NCBI RefSeq assembly: GCF_001457595.1
Contig: NZ_LN831039.1
Coordinates: forward strand, 6,420,001-6,452,000
DNA from: Mycolicibacterium smegmatis
GTDB lineage: Bacteria; Actinomycetota; Actinomycetes; Mycobacteriales; Mycobacteriaceae
Length of the DNA stretch: 32,000 nucleotides
Direction of reading: 5' to 3'
This document shows positions 24,531-32,000 of the stretch, piece by piece. A program made the translations under genes and the position numbers. Within the stretch, counting starts at the first letter, position 1, and the number at the start of each line of letters is the position of its first letter. Under the pieces are notes generated by a model, which was not told the DNA's origin, did not search any database, and was given only the letters and a program-made list of their open reading frames with translations.

Positions 24531-24548
24531 AACCCCGCGCTAGAACCC
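24524..24548. repeat. Tandem 12-nt direct repeat GCGCTAGAACCC x2 at a convergent gene junction
   Basis: Copies at 24524-24535 and 24537-24548. Copy 1 supplies the TAG stop of the GtrA-like gene on the plus strand. Copy 2 supplies the TAG stop of the BKACE gene on the minus strand. Confidence 0.7.
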
Positions 24549-25478
24549 GACCGCCGCGGCACCCTTCAGGCCCAGGAACTGACGCGCCTCGTCGGGTGTG
24601 GCCGGTGCGCGGTCGAACGTAGCGGCGAGGTCGACGGCCTTGCGCACCAACTGCGCGTTGGAGGTCGCGTTCTCGGTCCTGGTGATCCGCAGGTTGTCCT
24701 CGAGGCCGACGCGCACGTTGCCGCCCAGGATCAGCGACAGCGCCGCGAGACCGAACTCGCCGCGGTAGCCGACGCCCGCGGCCGACCACGTGAACGCGTC
24801 CCGGCCGAACACCCGCTCGGCGGTGCGCAGCATGTGGATGAGCTGATCGGGCTCCGCGGCGTTGGCACCAAGGACACCGAGGACGAACTGCAGGTTGAAC
24901 GGCGGCTCCAGGACACCGTCCTTGACCAGCTGCTCCAGGTTGTAGATGTGGCCGACGTCGTACACCTCGATCTCCGGGCGCGTCTCGGACTGGCGCATCT
25001 GCTCGGCCATGTAGGTCATGTCCGCGAAGGTGTTCTTGAAGATGTAGTCGGTGGTGCCTTCGAGGTAGTCACGCTCCCAATCGGCGAACGGCAGATCCCG
25101 CGCCGCGACCGGGAACAGGCCGAAGTTGAAGCTGCCCGCGTTGAATGTGGCCATTTCCGGGCGGAACTTCAGCACCGACGCGCGCTCCTCCACGGTCATG
25201 CCGCGGCCGCCGCCGGTAGTGGGCTGGATGACGGCGTCGGTGTTCTTCTTGAGTTCGGTGAGCGCCCGCTCGAACAGGTCGAGATCGGCGACCGGCCGTC
25301 CCGTCGTCTCCTCACGCACGTGGACATGCAGCACGGCGGCACCGGCCTCGGCGGCCTCCACACCCGCGCGGACGATCTCGTCGACGGTGATCGGGATGGC
25401 CTTGGACTGCGCGGGCACGGTCATGCCGCCGGTCACGGCGCACGTGATGATGACCTTGTCGTTCATGGACTGGTTCAT
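24540..25478 (-). CDS. Beta-keto acid cleavage enzyme (BKACE, DUF849; 3-keto-5-aminohexanoate cleavage enzyme family)
   Basis: I trimmed the ORF to the ATG at 25478, with GGAG 7 nt upstream. 312 aa. IITCAVTGG, AAVLHVHVRE, QPTTGG and LGGNVRVGLEDN match the TIM-barrel zinc site pattern of this family. Confidence 0.88.
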   Translation of the reverse strand: MNQSMNDKVIITCAVTGGMTVPAQSKAIPITVDEIVRAGVEAAEAGAAVLHVHVREETTGRPVADLDLFERALTELKKNTDAVIQPTTGGGRGMTVEERASVLKFRPEMATFNAGSFNFGLFPVAARDLPFADWERDYLEGTTDYIFKNTFADMTYMAEQMRQSETRPEIEVYDVGHIYNLEQLVKDGVLEPPFNLQFVLGVLGANAAEPDQLIHMLRTAERVFGRDAFTWSAAGVGYRGEFGLAALSLILGGNVRVGLEDNLRITRTENATSNAQLVRKAVDLAATFDRAPATPDEARQFLGLKGAAAVGF

Positions 25479-25489
25479 GGTTTGACTCC

Positions 25490-26512
25490 TCATTGTCGAG
25501 CGGAAATCTGGGCGAGGGCTTCGAGCGTTTCCCGGCCGGGCGAGCGCAGGCCTTGTTCGCATTCGTGGACGAGTTCGACGATGCGCGCGTTGAACGGGCT
25601 TGCCACACCGGCTTTCGCCGCGGTGGTGCACACGCCGCCGTTGATCACGTCGACCTCGGTGGTCGCGCCGCGTTCGAGGTCCTGCAGCATCGACGCCTTG
25701 GTGGCGCCGAGCTTGCTCATCAGGACTTCGATTGCCGCATCGGCGCGTTCGCGGTCCGCTTCGGAACGCACGACGAGATCATCGGGCTGGATGCCGATGA
25801 GCGGGCCGACCTCGAAGCCGGCCGCACGCGCGACGTCGTACGACTCGGTCCACACGTGATACGCCATCGTGCGGCCCAGCGGATCGGCGGCGATCTCGCC
25901 GTACAGCATTCCGGTGACACCGGCGAGGCCCGAGAAGGTGCTGTTGAGAAGTAATTTCGTCCACACCTGGTTCATCACGTCGGTGGACACGTCCACCTCG
26001 GCTGCCGCGGACAGCACGCCGCGCAGGGTCTCCAGACGCGCGGTGAGCGTGCCGTCGACCTCGCCGATCACGAACGGGGCCACGGTGGTCTGCGCGACGT
26101 GCCCCGGACCGAGGTTGGTCGCGCCCCACTCGGTGATGCCGACGACGAAGCGCTCGGTACCGACGATCTGCTGAATGGTGTTCTGCACCAGTCCGTTTCC
26201 GAGGGATACGTAGGTGTCCACCAGACCGCGTTCGACCAGCGGCCCGAGCGCAGCCTGCAGATACGGGGCCTTGAGCGCCACCAGGGCGAAGTCGAACCGG
26301 CCCGTGAGGGCCGCGGGACTGTCGACCGCGGTGATCGTGACGTGGCTGGTCTCGCCGAGTTCGTCGAACTTCAGGCCCGGTGAGTTCATCAACCGGACGT
26401 GTTCGGCGTTGGCGTCGAGCACGGTCACGTCCCGCCCGGCGCGCGCGAGGTGCGCCGCGGTGACACCGCCGATCGCTCCTGCGCCGACGACGAGAATGCG
26501 TGCGTCGCTCAT
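25490..26512 (-). CDS. Ketopantoate-reductase (ApbA/PanE) family NAD(P)-dependent oxidoreductase
   Basis: I trimmed the ORF to the ATG at 26512 (MSDARILVVGAGAIGGVTAAHLARAG). 340 aa. The conserved K..LLN and SMLQDLERG segments of the KPR fold are present. The start overlaps the MFS stop (ATGA). Confidence 0.85.
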   Translation of the reverse strand: MSDARILVVGAGAIGGVTAAHLARAGRDVTVLDANAEHVRLMNSPGLKFDELGETSHVTITAVDSPAALTGRFDFALVALKAPYLQAALGPLVERGLVDTYVSLGNGLVQNTIQQIVGTERFVVGITEWGATNLGPGHVAQTTVAPFVIGEVDGTLTARLETLRGVLSAAAEVDVSTDVMNQVWTKLLLNSTFSGLAGVTGMLYGEIAADPLGRTMAYHVWTESYDVARAAGFEVGPLIGIQPDDLVVRSEADRERADAAIEVLMSKLGATKASMLQDLERGATTEVDVINGGVCTTAAKAGVASPFNARIVELVHECEQGLRSPGRETLEALAQISARQ

Positions 26513-27824
26513 GCTTTGACTCCCTTCAGTTCGGGTTGGGGCGCGGCGCGGACCTTGAGGGTCAGGCTCACCGCGGTGCCGATGACCAGCAGTGCGATGA
26601 CGAACCACAGTCCGGCCCCGGGGTTGTCGGTGACGGATTCGAGCAGGCCCATCACGAACGGGCCGACGAAGCCGCCGAGGATGCCGAGGGTGTTGACCAG
26701 GGCCAGGCCACCGGCGAGTGCGGCGCCGGTGAGCCTCGAGGCCGGCACGGTGAACAGGATCGACTGCACGACGAAGAACGTCGACGCCGCGATGCAGAAC
26801 CCGATGAGGGCGAGCGCGGGTCCGGCGACCGCGCCGATCACGAATCCGACGACCATGGCCGCCATCCCGCCGAACAGCAGCATCCGGGACCTGCGCCCGT
26901 CGGTGGCGTGCCGCGGCAGGACCAGCGTGCCGATCGCCGCCGCGACCCACGGCAGCGCGGTGAGCAAACCGATTGTCAGATCGGACATCTCGCCCCATCC
27001 GCCGATGATGCCGGGGAGGAAGTAGGTGAGGCTGTACACCGCGATCTGGTGCGTGAAGTAGACGGCGATGACCAGCAGGATCTGCTTGTCTCGGAACACC
27101 CCGGCGAACGAGTGGGTTCCCGATGCGGCGGCGCCTTCGGCCTTCTCGCGTTCCAGACGGTCGACCAGGGCACGTGCGGCCGCCGGTCCAGCCACTTGGC
27201 CTCGAGCGGACCGTTGGGCAGGACCTTGAGCACCACGGCCGCCAGCAGCACCGCGGGGATGCCCTCGATGACGAACATCCACTGCCACCCCTGCCAGCCG
27301 AGCACGCCGTCCATGCCGAGCAGGGCACCACCCACCGGCGCCCCGACGATGTTGGCCAGGCACACCGCGACCAGGAACGCCCCGTTGGCACGCGCTAGTT
27401 GATCGCGGCCGAACCAGTAGGTGAGGTAGAGCATCACGCCCGGGAACAGGCCGGCCTCGGCCGCGCCCAGCAGGATCCGCAGCACGTAGAACGACGCCGG
27501 ACCCTGCACGAACGCCATGGCCGCCGACAGCAGACCCCAGGTGACCATGATGCGGGCGATCCAGATCCGCGCGCCCACGCGGTGCATGATCAGGTTGCTC
27601 GGCACCTCGCACAGCGAGTACGCGAGGAAGAACAGGCCGGCACCCAGACCGTAGGCGGCTGCCGAGATCCCCAGATCGACCTCGAGGTGGTGTTTGGCCA
27701 GCCCGATGTTGGTGCGGTCGATGAACGCGATGATGTACGCCGCGATCAGCAGCGGCATCAATCTGCGAATGATGAGCCTGTCCAAGACAACGCTCCTTCC
27801 AGACCCCCACTCGGGGGTCGTCAC
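26509..27824 (-). pseudogene. MFS transporter (anion:cation symporter-like) interrupted by a single-nucleotide frameshift near 27175-27195
   Basis: The N-terminal half reads in the frame of ORF 26976..27824 (LMPLLIAAYIIAFIDRTNIGLAK ... LPNGPLEAKWLD) and then becomes junk. The C-terminal half reads in the frame of ORF 26509..27810 (AARALVDRLEREKAEG ... six TM segments). The two frames meet in the run gaccggcggccgcacg. Confidence 0.8.
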
Positions 27825-27852
27825 GATTCGATGTGGTTGTCGCTCAGTCGGT

Positions 27853-28911
27853 TCAGGCGGCGAGGTGCGGCCGCATCCTGGGGCAGCCGCACGTGGTTCC
27901 GATGCGCAGTTGGTGGGCGCGCAGCACCGACTGGTAGGAGCCTCCCGCTCCTTCGATGCGGCGGGTCAGCAGTTCGATGGACTGCTCGGCCATCTCACGC
28001 CGAGGCTGGTTGATTGTCGTGAGCTCCACGAGAGGTCCCGGGTAGAGCCCGTCGAAACCCGTGACGGCGACGTCGTCGGGAACGTTGAGGGACCGTTCCC
28101 GCAGTGCGCTGATGGCTCCGAGCGCGATGACGTCGCTGCCGCACACGATCACCCGCGGTAGCGATTTGCGAGCCAGCACCTGTTCGACGGCCTCGTAGCC
28201 GCCGCGCTCGCTGAGGTAGGTGCTGATGCGCTGCGAGGACACCGTCCGGATGCCGTGCGCCTCGGCGGTACGGATGAAACCCTCTTCACGCGCGGCCGAC
28301 GCACTCGACGAGCGCGGCCCGACCACGGTGACGATGTCCTGATAGCCGTGCGTGACAACGTGTTCCATCATCTCCGAGGCCGCGGCACGGTCGTCGATGC
28401 CGACGAAGTCGGCGTCGACGCGCTGGATGCGCCGCGACAACTGCACCAGTGGGATGCGCGCGCTGCGCAACGAACGGATCACCTCGCCGTCGTCGGGGTG
28501 CAGCACGGTGATCACGACCCCGTCGACCTGGCGGGCGATCATCGTGTCGACGATCGACCGCAGCGTCTGCGGGTCCTCCTGTGTGTGCGCGAGGAACACC
28601 TCGTACCCACGGGCCCGCGCGGCGTCGATGGTGCCTGCCGCGATCTCGGTGTAGAAGGGGTTGGCGATGTCGGTCAGGATCAGGCCGATCACCCGCGTCT
28701 GATGCGACCGCAGCCGATCGGCCCGCGCGCTCGAGATGTGCCCGAGCGCTTCGGCCACTTCGAGGATCCTCGCCCGCGTCTGTTCGGATACGCCCGCGCG
28801 TCCGTTCATGACGTAGGAGACGGTCGCCGGTGAGACGCCGACAGCCCGTGCCACGTCGGCCGCCGAGACCCGGGTGGATCGCTGCCGCCGCGACGGGACT
28901 TCTGCACTCAC
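27853..28911 (-). CDS. LacI-family transcriptional regulator
   Basis: GTG start with GGAGG upstream. HTH segment VSAADVARAVGVSPATVSYVMNGRAGVSEQTRARILEVAEALGH. Periplasmic-binding-protein-like effector domain. 352 aa. Confidence 0.9.
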   Translation of the reverse strand: MSAEVPSRRQRSTRVSAADVARAVGVSPATVSYVMNGRAGVSEQTRARILEVAEALGHISSARADRLRSHQTRVIGLILTDIANPFYTEIAAGTIDAARARGYEVFLAHTQEDPQTLRSIVDTMIARQVDGVVITVLHPDDGEVIRSLRSARIPLVQLSRRIQRVDADFVGIDDRAAASEMMEHVVTHGYQDIVTVVGPRSSSASAAREEGFIRTAEAHGIRTVSSQRISTYLSERGGYEAVEQVLARKSLPRVIVCGSDVIALGAISALRERSLNVPDDVAVTGFDGLYPGPLVELTTINQPRREMAEQSIELLTRRIEGAGGSYQSVLRAHQLRIGTTCGCPRMRPHLAA

Positions 28912-28965
28912 TGGTCACCTCCCCCTGCCGTCGTGTGTGTCCGACGTTAAGTGTGATCCAAATCG

Positions 28966-28983
28966 TTAAGCAACGTTAAGTTG
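28966..28983. promoter_or_regulatory. Candidate LacI operator A (imperfect palindrome CAACGTTAAGTTG)
   Basis: ttaagCAACGTTAAGTTG. The 13-nt core recurs as an exact reverse complement at 29083-29095. CGTTAAG also occurs at 28945-28951 and 28964-28970. Confidence 0.45.
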
Positions 28984-29082
28984 AATTGCAGCCCGATGCC
29001 CAGCTCGCCACCCGCTGTGCTGCGGCTTTCGTGCGAAAAAGTGGGTGCCACCACGCACGCCACCTGAAAATGCCGAAGATCA

Positions 29083-29100
29083 CAACTTAACGTTGCTGAA
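29083..29100. promoter_or_regulatory. Candidate LacI operator B, inverted copy of operator A, just upstream of a -10-like TAGCGT (29117-29122)
   Basis: CAACTTAACGTTGctgaa matches the reverse complement of site A at 17 of 18 positions. It sits 31-48 nt upstream of the lactonase ATG, which lacks an SD (possible leaderless transcript). Confidence 0.45.
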
Positions 29101-29130
29101 CATCTTCAGCCCGCCTTAGCGTTCACGCCC

Positions 29131-30033
29131 ATGGGAACCGCGATCAACCGCGACTACTCGATCACCGTCGTCGCCGATCTCAAGACGACCCTCGGTGAGG
29201 GACCGCTGTGGGATACCGAGCAGCAGTTGCTGTACTGGCTCGACAGCGCCGACGGCCGCATCTTCCGCGCGACTGCGGACGGCACGCAGATCCGGGCGTG
29301 GGACGTTCGGGAGAAGATCGGCTCGATGACGCTGTACCGCGACGGCACGGCCGCGCTCACCGCACTCGAAAACGGTCTGTACAGAGTCGATTTCGAAACC
29401 GGCGAGCAGACCGAGGTGCTGGAGTTGGAGCGCGACCTGCCCAGCAACCGGCTCAACGACGGCAAGGTCGACAAGCGCGGCCGGTTCGTGTTCGGGTCGA
29501 TGGACACCCTCGAGGAGTCCCGCAGCGGCAAGCTGTACAGCTACGGCCCCGACGGGACACTGCAGATACTCGACGAGGACATCACCGTCTCGAACGGTCC
29601 GTGCTGGAGCCCCGACGGGCGCACGCTCTACTTCTGTGACACCTGGACCGGCGAGATCTGGTGCTACGACTACGATCTCGATACCGGAAAGGTGTCCAAC
29701 CGGCGCACGTTCGCACGTGTGGACACCAGCGGCGGCGGTGCGGCCGACGGCGCGACCGTCGACGCCGAGGGCTACCTGTGGCAGGCGCTGGTGTACGGCG
29801 GCAAGATCATCCGCTACGCGCCCGACGGCACCGTCGACCACGTCATCGACTTCCCGGTACTGAAACCCACCAGCGTGATGTTCGGCGGGCCCGATCTCGA
29901 CGTCCTCTACGTGACCTCGATGGCGCGCCCGCCGCTGCCGCGGTTCCCCGAGGACGGACAACTGCGCGGCTCCCTGTTCGCCATCCATGGCCTCGGCGTG
30001 CGCGGCGTCCCCGAACCCCGCTTCGGCGCCTGA
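29131..30033 (+). CDS. SMP-30/gluconolactonase/LRE-family lactonase (six-bladed beta-propeller)
   Basis: 300 aa. LGEGPLWDTEQQLLYWLDSADGRIFR, NDGKVDKRGRFVFGSM, SNGPCWSPDGRTLYFCDT and ADGATVDAEGYLW follow the family pattern. Confidence 0.9.
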   Translation: MGTAINRDYSITVVADLKTTLGEGPLWDTEQQLLYWLDSADGRIFRATADGTQIRAWDVREKIGSMTLYRDGTAALTALENGLYRVDFETGEQTEVLELERDLPSNRLNDGKVDKRGRFVFGSMDTLEESRSGKLYSYGPDGTLQILDEDITVSNGPCWSPDGRTLYFCDTWTGEIWCYDYDLDTGKVSNRRTFARVDTSGGGAADGATVDAEGYLWQALVYGGKIIRYAPDGTVDHVIDFPVLKPTSVMFGGPDLDVLYVTSMARPPLPRFPEDGQLRGSLFAIHGLGVRGVPEPRFGA

Positions 30034-30058
30034 TCACTTCACAGTCAAGGACATCGGT

Positions 30059-31390
30059 ATGAAAATCGGCTCACGCAGGGTCTCGCTGCGCAACACGCAC
30101 AAGTACTCCTGGGTCTCGCTCGGTGTGTGCTGGCTGATCTGGGTGCTCAACGCCTACGACCGCGAGATCATCCTGCGGCTCGGCCCCACCATCTCCGAGC
30201 ACTTCGACTTCAGCCCCGACACCTGGGGTGCCATCGCATCGCTCATCATGATCTCGCTCGCGGTGCTGGCCATCCCGGGTTCCACGCTCAGCGACCGGTA
30301 CGGCGGCGGCTGGAAACGTGCCCGCTTCCAGGTTCCGCTCGTGATCGGTTACACCGCACTGTCTTTCGTCTCCGGACTGAAGGCCGTCAGCTCGCACGCC
30401 GCGGCGTTCATCGCGCTGCGCGTCGGGGTCAACCTCGGCGCAGGCTGGGGTGAACCGGTCGGCGTCAGCAACACCGCCGAGTGGTGGCCCAAGGAGCGAC
30501 GCGGCTTCGCACTGGGCGCCCACCACACCGGCTATCCGGTCGGATCGCTGCTCAGCGGCCTGGCGGCAGCCGCGGTGATAGCCGCGTTCGGCCCCGAGAA
30601 CTGGTCGTATGCATTGTTCCTCGGCCTGATCGTCGCGGTGCCGCTCATGATCTTCTGGGGCCGCTACTCGACCGCGGAGCGCATCAGCACCCTCTACGAG
30701 GACATCGCCGCCAAGGGACTCACCCCGCCCGAGGGTGACGAGGCACGGGCGGCCTCCGGCGGAAAGGGCCTGATCGGGGCGTGCTTCAAGATCCGCAGCA
30801 TCAATCTCACCGCGCTCACGACGCTGCTCACCCAGGTCGTCTACATGGGCATCAACGTCGTGCTGCCCGCCTACCTGTACAACGTCGTCGGGTTGTCGCT
30901 GGCCGAATCGGCCGGGCTGAGCGTCGTGTTCGCCTTCACCGGCGTCCTGGGGCAGATCTTGTGGCCCACGCTGTCCGACGTCATCGGCCGCAAGTCCACG
31001 ATCATGATCTGTGGCATCTGGATGGCCATCAGCGTCGCATGCTTCTACTTCGCGACGTCGTCAGTGCTCGTCGTCGTGATCCAACTGGCGTTCGGTGTGG
31101 TCGCCAACGCCGTGTGGCCCATCTACTACGCCGCAGCGTCCGACGCCGCACCCGAGGGCGCCGTGTCGACGGCCAACGGGATCATCACCACGGCGATGTT
31201 CATCGGCGGCGGCATCGCCCCGCTGCTCATGGGCAGGCTGATCGCCGTCGGCGGCGGCTGGGAGGCCCACCGCGGCTACATCATCTGCTTCTTCGTGATG
31301 TCGGCCTGCGCGCTGGCCGGCGCACTGCTCCAGATCTTCCTGCGCCGCCCGGCCATCGAGGAAGAGGAGCCCGTGCTCGCGTCTTCGTGA
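30059..31390 (+). CDS. MFS transporter (12 TM)
   Basis: I trimmed the ORF to the ATG at 30059, preceded by caaggac. 443 aa. The DRYGGGWKR loop 2-3 motif and about 12 hydrophobic segments are present. Confidence 0.88.
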   Translation: MKIGSRRVSLRNTHKYSWVSLGVCWLIWVLNAYDREIILRLGPTISEHFDFSPDTWGAIASLIMISLAVLAIPGSTLSDRYGGGWKRARFQVPLVIGYTALSFVSGLKAVSSHAAAFIALRVGVNLGAGWGEPVGVSNTAEWWPKERRGFALGAHHTGYPVGSLLSGLAAAAVIAAFGPENWSYALFLGLIVAVPLMIFWGRYSTAERISTLYEDIAAKGLTPPEGDEARAASGGKGLIGACFKIRSINLTALTTLLTQVVYMGINVVLPAYLYNVVGLSLAESAGLSVVFAFTGVLGQILWPTLSDVIGRKSTIMICGIWMAISVACFYFATSSVLVVVIQLAFGVVANAVWPIYYAAASDAAPEGAVSTANGIITTAMFIGGGIAPLLMGRLIAVGGGWEAHRGYIICFFVMSACALAGALLQIFLRRPAIEEEEPVLASS

Positions 31391-31410
31391 CCTCTGACAT
31401 CCGGGAGCGA

Positions 31411-31725
31411 TCAGTCCGTTCCTCCGACGGAACTGTCGAGGGCTCCGCCGGCTTCGTGATCCCGTCGTTCGTAGACATCGGCGGCAGTTCGCAGCCTGTC
31501 CCTGAGGCCTGTCAGATCGGTGCGTAACCGTTCTGCCTGAGAATGAGCGATGTCCACGAACTTGGCGAAACCTGGGGTGCCGGCTTCTTTCCACGCCGTC
31601 GTCTGGCCCGAGATGCCGTCAGCCATCGCCGTACGGCTGGACGAGGCCTCATGCGCAACCACGTCCATCTGGTCGGCCGAGCGGCGCACCTCGGCCGGCG
31701 TCACGTGTAGCTCAGGGTTCGTCAC
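31411..31725 (-). CDS. Small helical protein resembling type VII secretion targets (EspC/DUF2580-like)
   Basis: GTG at 31725 is preceded by GGGGAGG. 104 aa. The N-terminal ELHVTPAEVRRSADQMD and C-terminal LRTAADVYERRD resemble the L.V.P..L ... AA..Y...D layout of EspC-type proteins. An upstream in-frame GTG at 31821 is an alternative start (see findings). Confidence 0.5.
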   Translation of the reverse strand: MTNPELHVTPAEVRRSADQMDVVAHEASSSRTAMADGISGQTTAWKEAGTPGFAKFVDIAHSQAERLRTDLTGLRDRLRTAADVYERRDHEAGGALDSSVGGTD

Positions 31726-32000
31726 GATCCTCCCCTGCCCGTCGTTCTGGTGGGAACAGGTCCAGTTGTGGTCGGCAAGGGCGACGGCGCCGGTGTAGCG
31801 GTGGTGGCCGAACGGCGGCACTCGATTCTTCCGGCAATAACCGACGCTTCCGCAGTCCCGAATACAAGTGTCCGCCCGTCGTCGCTGCTGAACCGCACGT
31901 CGTGATTCCGACTGGCGTTCGCCATCACCGTGACGGTTCCCAGACCGGACTCCCTGGTCAGCCTCTCCACTACCGGGAATGCCGCTGCCCACTCGTCATC
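31722..32000 (-). CDS. Hypothetical ORF, open to the window edge, whose stop overlaps the downstream start (GTGA)
   Basis: The frame is open from nt 32000 (DDEWAAAFPVVERLTRESGLGTVTVMANASRNHDVRFSSDDGRTLVFG...). The coding signal is only moderate, and it is weak in the last 100 nt. Confidence 0.25.
   Translation of the reverse strand, partial: DDEWAAAFPVVERLTRESGLGTVTVMANASRNHDVRFSSDDGRTLVFGTAEASVIAGRIECRRSATTATPAPSPLPTTTGPVPTRTTGRGGS

Noticed and set aside
27150-27220. Programmed ribosomal frameshift in the MFS gene
   Set aside because: No slippery heptamer or downstream structure is evident. A simple indel in a G+C run, either mutation or sequencing error, explains the split more economically.
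26513-27391. Upstream 293 codons of the listed 633-aa ORF 25490..27391 (-)
   Set aside because: This is Arg/Pro/Gly-rich junk read in an alternative frame of the MFS gene. The real ketopantoate-reductase-like protein starts at MSDARILVVGAGAIGG (26512).
1-32000. CRISPR arrays, rRNA genes, insertion sequences, prophage or known defence-system genes
   Set aside because: A by-eye scan of both strands found no regularly spaced short repeats. It also found no transposase, integrase or recombinase motifs, no rRNA-like segments and no ORFs with nuclease, helicase or methyltransferase signatures typical of defence systems.

Overview
High-G+C actinobacterial chromosome segment, almost certainly a fast-growing Mycobacterium/Mycolicibacterium. 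Gene order follows the M. tuberculosis Rv3772-Rv3789 cell-wall locus. Core genes present: hisC2-like aminotransferase, echA21-like crotonase, quinone oxidoreductase, Rv3778c-like class-V aminotransferase, proteasome activator bpa (C-terminal GQYL), wzt/rfbE-glfT1-wzm/rfbD and a GtrA-like protein. Three tRNA genes are present (Arg-ACG, Ser-GCU, Ser-UGA). Accessory blocks interrupt this backbone. (1) 0.6-5.2 kb: alkylsulfatase, two tandem imine-reductase-like oxidoreductases and an HxlR regulator. (2) 5.7-7.7 kb: orphan genes around a ~49% G+C intergenic region. (3) 10.6-15.1 kb: cutinase, a small secreted protein, then an islet with atypical codon usage abutting the 3' end of tRNA-Ser(UGA). This islet holds an AraC regulator divergent from a translationally coupled pair, a lipoprotein with a near-perfect 231-bp tandem duplication of a 4-Cys module and a membrane-anchored streptogrisin-like S1 protease. 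It is my best candidate for an undescribed system. (4) 24.5-31.4 kb: a LacI-controlled divergent catabolic cluster (BKACE/DUF849, ketopantoate-reductase-like, frameshifted MFS | SMP-30 lactonase, MFS) with a repeated operator-like motif. (5) The window end carries a small type-VII-secretion-target-like gene with conflicting gene models. No CRISPR array, rRNA, integrase or transposase was seen. All family assignments come from motif recognition by eye, and no database search was run.
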